Numbered from the stretch's first letter, positions 37,421 through 52,132 are shown. The stretch: 64,000 bases of DNA from the human T2T-CHM13v2.0 reference genome, Homo sapiens (GCF_009914755.1 NC_060931.1), one strand, 5' to 3'. The notes: generated by a model from the letters alone, not told the origin. Numbers and translations are program-made.

Positions 37421-40419
37421 ATTTGATTATGAAACTGATTGGAGGAGGAATATCTTGAAGGACTAGTAATCTTACATATTGAGAATAGTGTAAGAAATAA
37501 AAAAGCTAGAATGAAACTTTGTATGAGGTTTATTCCTTTGTTGTCTAGATGACATACCTCATTCTTAGCAATGTTAAGTGACTCAGCCAAAGCTAGGAAA
37601 AAAAGGGCTGAGATTAGAATAAGTTCTCCATCTAGACTCTGAGTCTTATCTATTTAGTTTGTATGGTATTGTGTAACTTTAAAATCTACCATTCATTTGT
37701 AATTTTTGCATGTGAAACTTTTCATATATAATGGAACTCTCTTTCTGTTTGTTTTATAAATTGAATGGAAATAGGTGAGCTCTACCTGGTCAAATTCTTT
37801 TTTAAAAATTCAAAAGGAACAGCTGAGGAAATAAATGTATTACCAAAATTTGCATTATATGAAAAAAGCTTCATTTAAATGCACATCCATATAGAAATGC
37901 AAATGATCCTTGCAGAAATACAAGGAGCACATTTTTTTCTCTCTCTGAAGCCTGACTTCCATCCTAAATATCACCACTGCTTCATTCAAAGGGTAAAACA
38001 ACACATTTTCTTGATTCATTTTTTTCATTTCACCATGATGGATGAGTCCTGGTCTGTGGAACATGTCAAGATGTCTTCAGAATTGAAGTCAGAAAACATG
38101 AAATGGATTCTTATGTAGCCCAGGTGACATAATGTTTTGTAGCATATGAGGGCACTCAGGATGGAGGAAATTTTCTTATTCTACAGCTATATAAATTTAA
38201 AATTCCTAAAACCAAGTATGTTTAATGAAATAGGGAGATTACCTTTTGCATTCTGAAATGGTGTTCAGTGGCCTATGTTGAAATCTCTCTTTTGATCAAG
38301 TAATGGGCAAAGATCTTTAGATAAGTGTACCCACTTGGCTGTGCTGACCTGTTTTAAGTTATGGAACCCAACAAGAGAATCATTTTTATAAATATCATTT
38401 GACTTGTGCAAAGTCCATTATGGATTTGGGAGCAGACAGGGTATCTGTAACATCCAAGGATACTAATCCTGAGTCTACATCCACTTTCAAAACCCTGTAA
38501 TTTTTTCAAGAGGGGAAGAATAATTAGGTAAAAGGAATATTTTTCATCTATAATTAGATAAATATGTTAAAAATCACTTTTCCTGAGTTTTTGCTAATGA
38601 TATTTTGATCTTTATGTGAATATGGAAATTGCCTCTAGTTTATATATGTCAGCAGGTAAATACCTTCTCTACTATATAGGATATAGGCAGGTGGAGGATA
38701 TATGATCCATATTAATTAAGAATTTTCAGATTATAAAAATTATTTTAAAGCCAGGCTTTGAAAGCATGTGTTACACAATTTTAGAAAAACTACTAATATT
38801 GTCATTGGCATGAAAAAATGGGGTAGTATTCTCTGTCCTTATGGGATTGAAAACAAGAATGGTGAAATATGCCAATTAACTTATTTATAAAAATGTAATC
38901 TATGTTACATGGCTAAAATTCTTTCATGTGGATTCTGTAATTGCCTGAAAGAAGAAGATAACTTTGTGTTTCCTGCTGTCTGGGTTCATTTTGATTTCCC
39001 TCAAAAAGTCTGTATAAAATTTTCTTAAGTATATACTTGCATTAAACTAGATTTCAAAGTATACCTCTGTTAGTAAAGATGGTTTAAGCAGTACTCCTTA
39101 CCTTTAATTTTCAGTGAGTCCAAACATTTTTCTGTGATTTGGTAATTTACAATAGATTTATGTAATCATGCTTTATTTAAATTAGTGTTACTTACGTATG
39201 AATTGCAATGAAATTCTTCTTAACGGTAGAAATTGTCCAAAAAGAGAAAAAAGAACACATTTTTGTTTGTTTTTGCTCAGCTGAAGTGGTACATATAATA
39301 GACCATATAAAGAACCACATCTTACTTCTATATGCTTATTCAGCAAACTTTGCTTGGTACTCTAGAAAATCCTTTCAATGCTTTCATTTATATGATTCAA
39401 AATTCCCCTATTGTTTTATGGCTATCTGCTTTAATTTGCTAATATTTACATCATAGTTGTCTAATTTATTCAACATGTCTCTATTTCAAATATAATTTGG
39501 TTTTTAAGAAACGTGAAATTAACCAGAATAATGAAATGGATATGTGCATAATTTCTAGGAATATGGCACATGCTTGTCAGTCCTTTCCCTTTTAGTTTTC
39601 AAAAATGGCAGTAGAATAAATGCCTCAAATGTTACTACATGCATTTGTCAATGGGAACATTCAAAATGATGCCCTCCTTGAACAGATTTAACAGACCTTT
39701 GCTTTGCAAACAGAATGTCAATAATTTTAGAGTTTATGACCTCCACCTTAGACATCTGCACAGATGAATATCTATAAAACATTATCTTTATAGAGTTGGG
39801 AATTACCAAATGGGGCCATTGGAAAGGACATCCATTTCATTTCAAATCTTTGCATAATTGGTATTTACATGCAACAGCTGAGACTGCAGAACAAAAATGA
39901 GTTAATCAGATGCCATTTCATGGTACATGTTAGAGAAAGTGCACCTGCCTTGCCATAGGCACCACTTCCTTGGGGAAAATAGCAATTTTGCCTAGCTAAC
40001 ATAAAAGATTCATAGCGTTCTCTGCAAAAAGTGTTGTTGTAGGAGGTGGTGATTCTAGCACTCAGAACATCTTAGATTTGGTCATAGCTCTGACATATAT
40101 TATCTTCTGCACTTTTTTCTCTTCCATGAATATCATTTTATAACGGTTAAAACAGAAATAATGTTATATCGATTGCTTTCCTGTTAGGCATTTGTGATCA
40201 TATTACTGGAAGCAAAGTCAGGGTGAGTCACATTTTTTATTGGCCATCTGAAGTAAAATATTCAACCAAAAATGGTGATTGGCTTAATTTATAATACAAT
40301 AAGATAAATCCTAAATAAACTATATGTTTCTGAAATCTAGGTTGCAAAGGGTAAGGTCATATAAAGAAACATATATTAAATATATATTATAGGCATGTTT
40401 TAGAGAGCCAACAGGCTGT

Positions 40420-40660
40420 TTGAGTTATAAGTGTGGACTCAGGATCCAAACTGCCTGAATCAGAATCCTGCTGTGTCACTTAGTAGCTTTGTGATCTTGG
40501 GGAGGTCGTTAAACACTTTATGTCGCAGGTTCTTCATCTGTAAAACAAGGATAACAATGTCATCTACATTATAGAGTTATGAAAGTTTGTTAGATGAATA
40601 TCAAACTGCCTGACATATGGTAAGTTCTCAACTATTATTAACATTAGTGTTATTACTATT
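40420..40660 (+). mobile_element. MIR
   Basis: ccaaactgcctgaatcagaatcctgctgtgtcacttagtagctttgtgatcttgggg...ttcttcatctgtaaaacaaggataacaat. Confidence 0.85.
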
Positions 40661-41063
40661 TAGCTGCTCATTTATTAATGTGTAAGACACTTTACTCAGC
40701 AGTTTGGTGTGGTCCATCTCAATCTTCTTTGAGATTACAGCTGGTTTATTTAAAAATAGTCTATAGTGTGAAAATTTTGAACAAGAAAAGAAACCTATGA
40801 TAATATAATCTAAGAAAATGAGGTTCTTACTTCCTAATCATTTCATTATTTCACTTCCTAATTATTTCATTCACTTAAATATGTTTGAAAGGTTATAGTG
40901 CAGTACACTATAGTCAAATAAACTCATTTGCTTATTTCAATTTCACTAGTGTAATCTCTTAGTTAAATTTTTAAACTTTCCTCTGAATTTTCACATTTGT
41001 TTATTAGATCTATTGTGGGGATTTAATAAGACATCTTATTTCTCTTGAAAACGTCCTTAGAAT

Positions 41064-41981
41064 TTTTGTAAACTATGCACGTGACAAAGGTCTAATGTCC
41101 AGCATCTATACGGAACTTAAACAAATTTACAAGAAAGATAAACCACCCCGTTAAAAAGTGAGCAAAGGACATGAACGGACACTTTTGAAAAGAAGACATA
41201 CATGCTGCCAACAAATATATGGAAAAAAGTTCAACATCAATGATTATTAGAGACATGCAATTCAGAACCACAAAGAGATACCATCTCACACCAGTCGGAA
41301 AGGCTATTATTAAAAAGTCAAAAAATAACAGTTGCTGGTAAAGTTGCAGAGAAAAAAGTACAATTATGCACTGTTGGTGGGTGTGTAAATTAGTTCAATC
41401 ATTGTGGAAAACAGTGTGGTGATTCCTCAAAGACCTAAAAACAGAACTACCATTCAACCCAGAAATCCCATTATTTGGTATATACCCAAAATAATATGAG
41501 TCATTCTGTCATAAAGACACATGAACGCATGTGTTCACTGCAGTAGTATTGACAGGAGCAAAGAGATGGAATCAACCTAAATGCACATCAGTGGTAGACT
41601 GCATAAAGAAAATGTAGTACATATACAGCATGAAATTCTATGCAGCTATAAAAAAAAAGGCTGCATCCTTTGGAGAAACATGGATGGAGCTGGAGGCTGT
41701 TATCCTTAGCAAACTAATGGAGGAACAGAATACCAAATACCACATGTTCTCACTTATAAATGGGAGCCAAATGATGAAAACATAGAGGGAACAACAAATA
41801 CTAGGACCCAACTGAGGGTGGAAGTTGGGAGGAGAGAGAGGATCAAGAAAAAAATAACTAGTAGGTACTAGGCTTAATACCTGGGTGATAAAATAATCTG
41901 TAAAACAACCCCCCATGACATGAGTTTACCTGTAAAACAAACCTGCACTTGTACCCACGAACTTAAAAGTTAAAAAAAAGA
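41064..41981 (+). mobile_element. 5'-truncated L1PA (approx. PA10-13) 3' end
   Basis: ORF2 end, 3' UTR and A tail; 17-bp TSD gaaaa(c/t)gtccttagaat at 41047-41063 and 41982-41998. Confidence 0.93.
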
Positions 41982-42638
41982 GAAAATGTCCTTAGAATAT
42001 AAGATTTACTTTATAAACAAACAACAAAAATATCCATAACTAGGAGAAAAAGAGGAAGAAGGAAGAAGAGGAGGAGGAGAAAAAGAAGAATAATACTTAA
42101 AATTTAATGTGAAAATTGTTTAGGGGTCAAAAGTTTATTTTCTTGAAGATTTTAAACATTGAATCATAAATGTCCCTGGCATATAGTGGTTACTCAATAT
42201 TGGCTGATTGATTAAAGAACTGAATAGATAAGAGAGATATCTGTGATATTAGAGAATAAAAGTATAACATAACTCTATGTAGATGAGGTTTTTCTGAATG
42301 TACTCTTATTCTCCAATGGCTTTCTGGCCACACATTAGAAAACTAGTTAAATAGAATATTGAAAAATGACCTATTCCTAATTAGCAATATTTTGAGAGTT
42401 TGTTTTGACTCAAGAAATACAATATTTTATCTTATTAGAAATACTAGCTTGCTTCCAGATAAAATGTGTGAATTGTTGAGTATTGTTACAATTCAAGTAT
42501 GCATGTTCATTAATACTACTTCACTAAACTTTCTAATCAGTCATTCATAGGTTTTAATAATGGTGTTATTTTAAGGATAGATTAAAGCTAATTTTGAACC
42601 GTCATTTTATTTTGTTTTTATTCTTCAGTTTTGCATGT

Positions 42639-43011
42639 TGCCTTAGCCTGTTTTGTGCGGCTTTATTAGAATATCTGAGACTGAGTAATTTGTAATGAAC
42701 AGAGATTTATTTCTTATAGTCCTGAAGGCCAGGAAGGCCAAGATCAGCTAGCCCATCTCTGGCAAGGGGTTTTGTGCTACATCATCCCATGGCAGAAGGC
42801 AGAAGAGAAAAGGAGCATAAAAGAGAAAAATAAATATAAAAATGGAGGCCAGATTCCAGCTATACCTGACTTTTGTAATAAGGGCATTAATGTATTCATA
42901 AGAATAGAGCCTTCATGATCAAATCACCTCTTAAAGGTTTTACCTCTTAACACTATTGCTTTGAGCATTATTTCCAGCACAAATTCTGGGCGACACTTGC
43001 AAGCCATAGCA
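42639..43011 (-). mobile_element. MST-type MaLR solo LTR
   Basis: tgccttagcctgttttgtgcggc...ctgagactgagtaatttgtaatgaacagagatttatttc...aatcacctcttaaagg...aagccatagca. Confidence 0.8.
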
Positions 43012-43369
43012 CAGATGAATAATCTACCTGCGTTGTCAAACTTGTTTGAATATGTTGTAATCATCTTGTTAAATATTGTTAAATATCTGTACCAACTCAA
43101 TTATAAGTTTTTCCAATATGAATAATACCTTTTATTTTAACAAGTTTTTCATTGGAAAGGTGTAAAAAATGTGAAAAAAAATATACAGCTTAACTAATTA
43201 TTGTAGAGTTGAAAATTATGTAATTCTAATCCAATACAAACAATAAAATTTTAACAATACTCATATTGGTAAGTGGGTTCATAATAAGTTTAATATCTTA
43301 TCAGGTCATCTAATATTTTGCTTTCTTTAGCAGACTGATGGTGCAAGGAAAGCTAAACATATCAAAGTT

Positions 43370-43810
43370 GAAAGGGTAAACTTCTCTAAGAGTGGTTGTT
43401 GGTTAACTGGATAGCTATATAAAAAAACAACAATATAAGCATCAACAGAAAAGAAAAAAAAACCTTGAATTCTACCTCACACCAAACACAAAAATTAATT
43501 TAAGCAGGATCATTTACCTAAATATGAAAGATGAAACAAAAATGCTTCTAGAAAAAACTCTATAATTTAAGATAGGAAAAGATGTCTTCTACAAGATACA
43601 AAAAGTACTAATCATCTTTTAAAAGATTTATAAATTAGAATTCATTAAAATTAAGAAATTTTATTTATCAAACACTATTAATAGAGAAAAGACAATAAGA
43701 CAAGGATATATGCTTTTTGTATCTAAAAAATTATAAATGAATATATAAAGAATGTTCAAATTAACTATAAAATAACAGAGAGCCCAGTTGTTTTTAAATG
43801 GGCAAAATAA
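43370..43810 (+). mobile_element. Old L1M ORF2 fragment
   Basis: ctacctcacaccaaacacaaaaattaatttaag...attaaaattaagaaattttt. Confidence 0.65.
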
Positions 43811-45350
43811 TAGGATTATTTGAAAATTTCAAAATTCCCAAATAAAGTAATAAAGTTGAATGCAGTTTACAGAAGATAATCATATAGTACACAGCAGGAA
43901 AAGGATCACCAGATGCATTATTTGAACAGTGTCAACTGTCTAGCTGATTTTTGCCCTAAGTAGCTCTATGCAATAAAAGTTGAGTTCATAATTCTGCCCA
44001 GTGAGGAAGAGGCAATTACTTAGATAAGACTGCATCACAGTGCAGGGAATGGCAGCAACTGCTTCTCTTTGGAGTGAAAGATTTTACAGTAATAAAACAA
44101 ATTTAATGGGCCAGTTCACTCTTTTTCAATCATGCTGTTAAAGTTTACTATTGAAATACTTGCTGTCTTGGGAATTACCATCACTTCAGTTTATTTGCAG
44201 CCTCTGTCCTAAAAAAAAAAACAGCAGGACTATTTATTTTCTCCTCAGAAAGATGAAATTGCAACAGCACAGTGAATCTCACATAACAAAAGCACTTGTA
44301 CTTTAAAAAATGTCTTAAGACTTCCTACTACAAATAACAGATTTAAAGCAGATTTAAGACGTGACTAACTTTATTTAATCCACCATAAGGGATCCTAAAT
44401 GTAAAGAATGAGACTTTGTAAGAAACAAACTGCAAATTAATCTCTAGCATCACAGAAATATTCCCCATTCACTGCCTTTTATGACTTTCAATTCATTGAT
44501 AATCAAAAACATCAGTTATTCTCTAATTGTATGGAAAATAACTGGTTGTCTATAAAAAGAACAGAACTTTCCAATAATAGCTTTAAACTTTCAAATTATC
44601 ATTCTTTTCCAAAATTCATAAACAAGAAAGAGTCACTAGCTGTTACTGACATCTTTTAATAAACATGGAACTTGAAAAAAATAATTCACAGAGGGATTCT
44701 TTCCTTTATGTTCCTATCTCCTTTGTTCTCTTTCCCATGAATTCCCCTCTTTTTATTAAATTCCTAACTTCATAACTAAAACCTATAGTTGAAATTGACT
44801 TGAACCTAATAGAAAATTGAGCAAAATACTTGGCAGGCACTTTCAAAATTAGGATTCTAAATGGTTAATTCGTGTGTGAAAAGATACTCAATTTGTGTTT
44901 TTACTATTCATCTTTAATAATTGTGTCAACAACATATACATTATTATTTATAAGTGAGAGATTATTCACATAAAGATAACTGTGTTCCCTTTTCCCAGTG
45001 CTCACCCTGGGGTGTTACGATGAAAGCCAGATGAGAACGTTTTCTACATGAGTGACCAGAATTTCCATGAGAGAGGGATGGAACAAAAGGGATTGCCTCT
45101 GCTTATATATAGGAAAAAATGGCTGTTGACCTTCCTCTTCTTAAAAAGAGACAAAATTTTCACCCCTTGGAGACAGAATGGGAAGGATTCCAGGATTTCA
45201 CTCTAAACTCTTAGAATGTACATGCTTCTCTCTGAGGGCCAGGTAAACTCTGATGTGTATATAGATTTTAGGATATAAAGTTATCTATCTGTACCATAGT
45301 AACACAGATAAAACATTGAACTAGACAGTCAGGGCTGCTGATATATCTTG

Positions 45351-46188
45351 TGTTATGGACTGAATTTTGTCTTTTTGCCCCATCCTTCCACCAAATTTCT
45401 ATGTTGAAATCCTAACCCCCAGGACCTCAGGATGTGGCCATATTTGGAGACAGGATCTTTAAAGAAGTAATTAAATTAAAATGACATCATTAAGGTGACC
45501 CAAATTCAACATGACAGTCTTTATAAAAAGAGAATATTTGGACCCTGAGACATACAGAGGAAAAATGATGTGAAGATAGGGAGAACATGGTCATTGTGTT
45601 AGGCTGTTTTTACATTGCTATAAAGGAACTATCTGAGACTAGGTAATTCATAAAGAAAAGACGTTTAATTGGATCACAGTTCTGCAGGCTGTCAAGCATG
45701 GCACAAACAAATGCTGCTGTTGAGGACCTTAGTACACTTCTACTCAGGGTATAAGACTAAGGGGTAGCCAGCACATCACATGGTGAGAGCAGGAGTGAGA
45801 CACAGAGGTGGGAGGTGTCATGCTCTTTCAAACAACCAGTTCTGGTAAACTCAGATGGGGTACTCACTCATTATCTCGAGGAGAGCACCAAGCCACTCAT
45901 GAGGGATCTGCCCCCCCATGATCAAATTTCTCCCTCTAGGCCCCACCTCCAATATTGGGGATCAAATTTCAAAATGACATTTGAAGGGCACAAATACGCC
46001 AACTATTTGAGTCATCTCTAAGCCAAGAGACAGGCCTGGAATAGCTCTTTCCCTCATGACTGTTAGAAGGAACCAAACTCCTGACAACTTGGACTTCTGA
46101 CCTCCAAAACTGAGAGAAAATAATTGTTTGTTTGTTTAAGACACCCAGTCTGTGATAATTTGTAATGGCAGCCTACTCAACTAATACC
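45351..46188 (+). mobile_element. MLT1B-type LTR split by an MST insertion (45351-45594 and 46011-46188)
   Basis: tgttatggactgaat...tatgttgaaatcctaacccccaggacctcagg...; ends gcagcctactcaactaatac. Confidence 0.85.
45595..46010 (-). mobile_element. MSTB-type solo LTR nested in MLT1B
   Basis: tgtgttaggctgtttttacattgctataaagg...; perfect 5-bp TSD gtcat at 45590-45594 and 46011-46015. Confidence 0.88.
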
Positions 46189-47117
46189 AAGGATAATACA
46201 GTCACAGTTTTAATAAGTTCTGTGAAGAAAGTGGACAGAATGCCAATGAATAAATAACCTAGGTTAAGTTAACCTGACCTGGATAGAACAGCTAAAAGTT
46301 CCTAAAGAATTGGCACTTCATCCAAGACGTGATAAAGGTGATGTGACAGAGAGCCCAGAGAAGAGCTCTCTGGGCAAAGGTAACATTAGCTTGGGTCAAT
46401 GAAGAGCCTGGCTCTAGAGAAGGTCAGTGCTGCAGGATCGGGGTGGTGGTGAGGGCAGAGGAAGCTCTCCATGTAACACAAAGTGCAGTGAGGAGTGAGA
46501 ACCACAGTGTAGAATGAAAGGAGGAGAAGCGGAGGCACTGGGTCTTGGTGACAACCATTATAAAAAGTTTGGTTGAGAAAGATGAGTTGTAAGAGAAGAG
46601 AGAGAGCTTAAGTCATGCCAGCATGTAAGTACATCTGTTTCTGTTGATACAAATATGTACCAATTAAACACACTTCTAAGTAACTAGGGAGACAAAGAAT
46701 AAATCCCAAGGAAATTAGACATGCTATAATAAATGAAAATAAAAATACAGCATACAAAAAGTATAGGATGTAGCTAAAACAGTGCTATATGAGAACTTTA
46801 TAATACCTTATAACACTAGAAAAAGAATTAAACCTAAAGCAAGCACTAGGAAGAAAATAATGAAGATTACAGCAGAAATAAAGGACACTAGTCATAAAGA
46901 AAATCAACAAAACCAAAGCTGATGCTTTGATCTACAAAGCTGACAAATTTTAAGTTACTTGGCCTGGAAAACAGAGTGAAGCCATCAAATCACAAAAAAT
47001 CTAGAATGAAAAACGAGAAAATTAACACTAAACATACACAAATATAAAGAATTACAAGGCAGAACCTTAACAATTCAATCCCAACTAATTATTTAAATGA
47101 TAAAATACATAAATATT

Positions 47118-47425
47118 GGCCAGGCATAGTCGCTCATGCCTGTAATCCCAGCACTTTGGGAGGCTGAGGCAGGTGGATCACCTGAGGTCAGGAGTTTGAG
47201 ACCCATCTGACCAACATGGTGAAACCCCATCTCTACTAAAAAAAAATACAAAAACGAGCCAGGCATGGTGGTAGGCACCTGTAATCCCAACTACTCGGGA
47301 GGCTGACGCAGGTAGAATTGTTTGAACCTGGGAAGCAGAGGTTGCAGTGAGCTGAGATCATGCCACTGCACTCCAGCCTGGGCAACAGAGCCAGACCCAT
47401 CTCAAAAAAAAAAAAAACAAAAAAA
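47118..47425 (+). mobile_element. AluS-type SINE, full length
   Basis: ggccaggcatagtcgctc...gatcacctgaggtcaggagtttgag...; TSD core ataaatatt at 47109-47117 and 47428-47436. Confidence 0.95.
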
Positions 47426-47500
47426 GGATAAATATTTTGAAAAGTCACAGACTACAAAGCTGACTTCAGTAAAAATTTTTAAAAATCTGAATATAGATCT

Positions 47501-48200
47501 ATGAATTAGTTTTCTGTAACTACTATAGCAAAATACTAGAGAATAGATTTTAAGTGTTCTGACCAAACACACACATACACAGACACACACAAAGTATGTG
47601 ATGTAAGTAGATATGTTAATTAGCTTGATTTAGCCATTCCACAATGCGTATATATTTGTGATATATATATGTGTGTGTGTATATATATATTTCAAAACAT
47701 CATGTTACACCATAAATATGTACACTTTATTATTATAAAAATGGTGAAAAGAAAAAATAAAAACAAAGTGTCACGAACGTGGTGGCTTAAAACAACAGAA
47801 ATTTATGTTCTTAGAGTTCTGGATGCCACTAATCCAAAATCAGTATCGCTGAGCCAAAACAAAGGTGTTAGCAGGGCTTCATATTCTCTAAAGGCTTTAG
47901 ATGAGAATCATTCCTTGTCTCCTCCAGGTGCTTGTGGATGTCAGCTTTCCTTGGCTTGTGGCTACATTATGCTGATTTTTCTAGGCCAACATCTTTAAAT
48001 CACTTGGTTCTATTTTCTTACAGCCTTCTCTTGTGTGAGTATGCAGTCCCCTCTTTATCTGTGTCAAATCTCTCTTACCCCTTATCTTAGTAGGACACTT
48101 GTGCTCTCAATTAGGGCTCTCAATTAGGGCCCATCTGAATAACCAGGATAATCTACTCATCTCAAGATCTTTCATTTAATCACATCTGCAAAGACATCAC
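47501..48200 (-). mobile_element. MLT1(C-like) LTR interrupted by a plus-strand L1MA 3' tip (~47537-47765)
   Basis: attagttttctgtaacttactatagcaaa || ggtggcttaaaacaacagaaatttatg...taatcacatctgcaaagac; the insert has gatatgttaattagcttgatttagccattccacaatg. Confidence 0.75.
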
Positions 48201-50884
48201 CATATAATTTGCCTAAACTGTGTTCAAGTGGATTCCCCTGTATTCCACATCATAAAGTACACCTATACCAAGTATTACATTAAATTAAAAACTTAAAATC
48301 ATGGAAGAAAAGCCTAGGTGCCAGTGAAGCTGATGAATTTTACAAAGTGATTAAAGAAGAATTAACACCAGTCCTTCAAAACACTTAAAAAAATTAGAAA
48401 TTCACTTTCCAAATCATTCTATGAGGCCAGAAATACCCTGATACAACCAAAGACATCACATAAAATAACAAATTATATTTTCTTAACATTAACATGATAA
48501 CCCTCAACAAAATATTTAAAAACTGAATTTAGGAACATATAGAGAATTATAAAACATGATTTATTGGGATCAGTGTAAGACATTAATAGAATAAAGGATA
48601 AAAAAATTGTTGTCTCAATAGAAACAGAAAATACACTTGATAAAATCCAATGCACATTCATGATAAAATCACACAATAACCTATGATTAGAAGAGAACTC
48701 TCTGAATCTGATAAAGCATTGGATTATATACTCATACTTATTTATATAATACTTAATGAAAGACTAAATGTTTTTCCCCTGTGATAACAAACAGAACAAG
48801 AATGTGTGCTCTCACCACTTCCATTCAACATGGTACTGGAAGTTCTAGCCAGGATAAGTAGACAAGGATAAGAAATAAAAGCCATTTAGATTTGAAGACA
48901 AGAAAAGCTCTCTCTATTGGCAGGTGAAATAATCTCATATATAGAAAATCATGAGGAATCCATACATACACATACATGCAAAACTATTTGAACTAATATA
49001 CAAGTTTATCAACTTTGCAGAATACCAGATTAACATACAAATGTATTTCATTTCTATACAATGGCAAAATCAAAAAATAAATTTCAAAAACAATTCCATT
49101 TACAATAGCATGAAAATAAAGAAAACAATACATTTAAAAAAAGCTTAAGATTTGTACATTAACAATTACACAACATTGTTGACAGAAATTACAGAAGGCC
49201 TAAAGAATTGAAAACTGACATCCCACACTAATGAATTGGAAGGCAAAACTTAAAATATCAATAATCTATAATGATCTACTAAATCAATACAATTGCTCTG
49301 AAACCTCAGCTACTTTTTTCTATAAAATCACAACTGACTGTTCAATTTATATGAAAATGCAAAGAAACCAGATTAGCCAATACAACTTGAAAAGAACAAC
49401 AAAGTTTGGGCTCACTCTTCCAGATTTCTATTATTTACCACAAAGTTTCAGTAGTCAGTACAATATGGTATTGCATATGGATAAACTTGTAGATAAATTG
49501 GATGTAATAAAAGTTGAAAATAAATTCCTTTTTATGGTCAACTGATTTTAGAGAAGGTTACCAAGATAAATAGGGAAACAGTATTTATAACAAATCTTAC
49601 TGAGACAAAAGTATATTAACATGAAAAACAATGATAGTTGAGCCCTACCTGACAACATATACAAAAATCAAATCAAGATGATTATAGACCTAAATATTAA
49701 AGCTAAAATTATAAAATTCTTATAAGAAAATATGGGAGCAAGAGTTCTGTAAATAATGTTTCTTGGATATGAAGCAAGATAAGAAAGCAAAATGAGAAAG
49801 AGTTCATTGATTTGACTTCATCGAATTAAAAACTTTTGTGCTTCAAAGGACATCATTCAGATAGGGAAACTCAACACATATAATCATAGCAACATTTGAA
49901 ATTTATATACCTGATAAGAGACTTGTACCTAGAAAATATAAATACCACTTATAACTCACTAGTAAAAATGTGAATAACTTAGTTAAAAGGTGAAAATTAT
50001 TTTAATGAACAATTCTCTAAAAAAAAATACATTGGTCAATAAGCACATGAGAAGATGCTCAACACTGTTAGTCATTAGACAAATTCAAATCAAATCCTTG
50101 ATGCGATATTACTTTGTACCCAGTAGGAGGGCTCACATAAAAAAATAGAAACACAATTACAAGTGTTGCCAAGAATTTGGAGAAATCAGAATTATTCTAA
50201 AATATTGGTGGATTTGTAAAATGGTGCAGACCCTTTGAAAAACAGTTTGAAAGTTTCAAAAAATGACATATATAGCATATACTCAAGATAATTAAAAACA
50301 TATGTCCACATTAAAACATGTCATTTTTCTAGCATCATTCTTCATATTAGCAAAAATTCAGATATGACCCAAAAGTTGAACAACTGGCTAACACATAAAC
50401 TATAACACATAAATTATGACTATGTAGCATAGTCATAATATGGAATAGTATTTGGCAATAAAGAGGAATGAAGTATAGATACATGCGGTAGCATAAATGA
50501 AGCTTAAAAACATTATAACAAATTTTAAAAAGCCAGACACCTTTAAAAGGCCACATATTAAATAAATCAATTTGTGTAAAATCTGCAGAACAGGCAAATG
50601 CACAGAGACAGCAGGTAGATTTGTGTATCCCAGGGCCTTGGGAAGAAAGAAGAGTGAGTTGTTTCCTTTTTAGAGTGATAAACTGTTCTAAAATTAGATA
50701 GTCATGATAATTGTACAACTGTATGAATATACTAAAAACTACTGAATTGTACAAATTTGAAAGTAAATTTTATGGTTTGTATATTATATCACAATAAATC
50801 CGTTACTTGAAAAATGATTGATTTGTGTGCTGGGTATGATCTTGAGAACTTGGTATTTATAAATAAGTTTATTTAGGAAATGAC

Positions 50885-51265
50885 TTTATTAGCTACTTTT
50901 CACACTGCTATGAAGGATACTACCTGAGACTGGGTAATTATAAAGGAAAGCGGTTTAATTGACTCCCAGTTCCATAGGCTTAACAGGAAACATGGCTAGG
51001 AAAGCCTCAGGAAACTTACCATCATAGGAGAGGGAAAGCAGGCACCTTCTTCACAAGGTGGCAAGGAAGAAAATTAATGCAAACATGGGAAAAATTGCCA
51101 CTTTTAAAACCATCAGGTCTTGTGAGACTCACTCACTACCACCAGAACAGCATGGGTAAAACCACCCCCGTGATCCAATCACCTCCCATCTGGTCCCTCC
51201 CTCTACACCTGGGAATTATGAGGATTACAATTCAAGATGTGGGGACACAGAGCCAAACCATATCA
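50885..51265 (-). mobile_element. MSTA-type MaLR solo LTR
   Basis: ...gcctcaggaaacttaccatc...ggggacacagagccaaaccatatca; perfect 5-bp TSD atgac at 50880-50884 and 51266-51270. Confidence 0.9.
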
Positions 51266-52132
51266 ATGACAGTCATCTGTATGACTATATATCCTCGTGT
51301 TAATGGATTAATGACTAGGTGTGAGATTTGTGATGATCTTTATGAATTTTTAATGCTTATTTGATTCACACCCATTGTATGTTTTCAAATGTCTTTATAA
51401 CTTTATATAATCAAATTTTTAAAATTTGACATTTGTAACAAAAATGAAGTTAAGAAAATATCAACAAGTTATAGGCGAGCTAAAATGTGATTAGAAAACT
51501 AGTTAACATAAACAGTAACATGATATAGTAAAACTGAAAAGCAATGCTACAACAGAACGGCTGTTTTCTTTGCCAAGAAATTTTAGCCATCTTAGTTTGC
51601 ATCTTTGAAACTAATGTTAAATGTCTCAACCCATATTTCTAATTGGGGAAGATTAGCAAACTAATAAATGCAGTGGCAGATATTTATCATAAAATCACCA
51701 AGCAGTAGTTAAATCTTCTTCCTTCTGGGATCATTAACTACAGCTTAATTAGTTCTGCTTTAAAATCAGCTTGTACTTTTAACTCAACTACATAATAAAG
51801 TATACAAAAGTCATATAAATATAGTGAAATTAATTTTCTACAATGAAAGTGCAATAATTTAATAATCAGAAAATATTACTTCACATTATTACAGACATGA
51901 TTTTCTATAATCTGAGAGAAAATTTAAAGATAATTTATATTCATTGAAAGCACTGAAAGGAAATAGGACAAGATAGTCTTAAGGGAAATACTTTTATGAA
52001 TTTAGAAGAGCATATAAATTATAAGCACACAGGACAGTTACATTTTGTAAAATGGCATTGCCTATGAAACTATTATTTAACTGGAGTAGAATTCTTATAT
52101 GATGTGGCCAGGGTATCAACATCAATTTTGTG

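Larger units (their letters stand above)
46660..50812 (+). mobile_element. L1MB7/8-type LINE-1 (ORF2 to 3' end) interrupted by Alu, MLT1 and L1MA
   Basis: ORF2 motifs (ctatgaggccagaaataccctgatac; catggtactggaagttctagccagg) and L1MB 3' end (gaatatactaaaaactactgaattgtac...tatatcacaataaa). Confidence 0.85.

Noticed and set aside
43315-43385. Plus-strand acceptor/donor-like pair enclosing ~45 nt
   Set aside because: Weak donor (gtaaac) abutting an L1 fragment; indistinguishable from a chance pseudo-exon.
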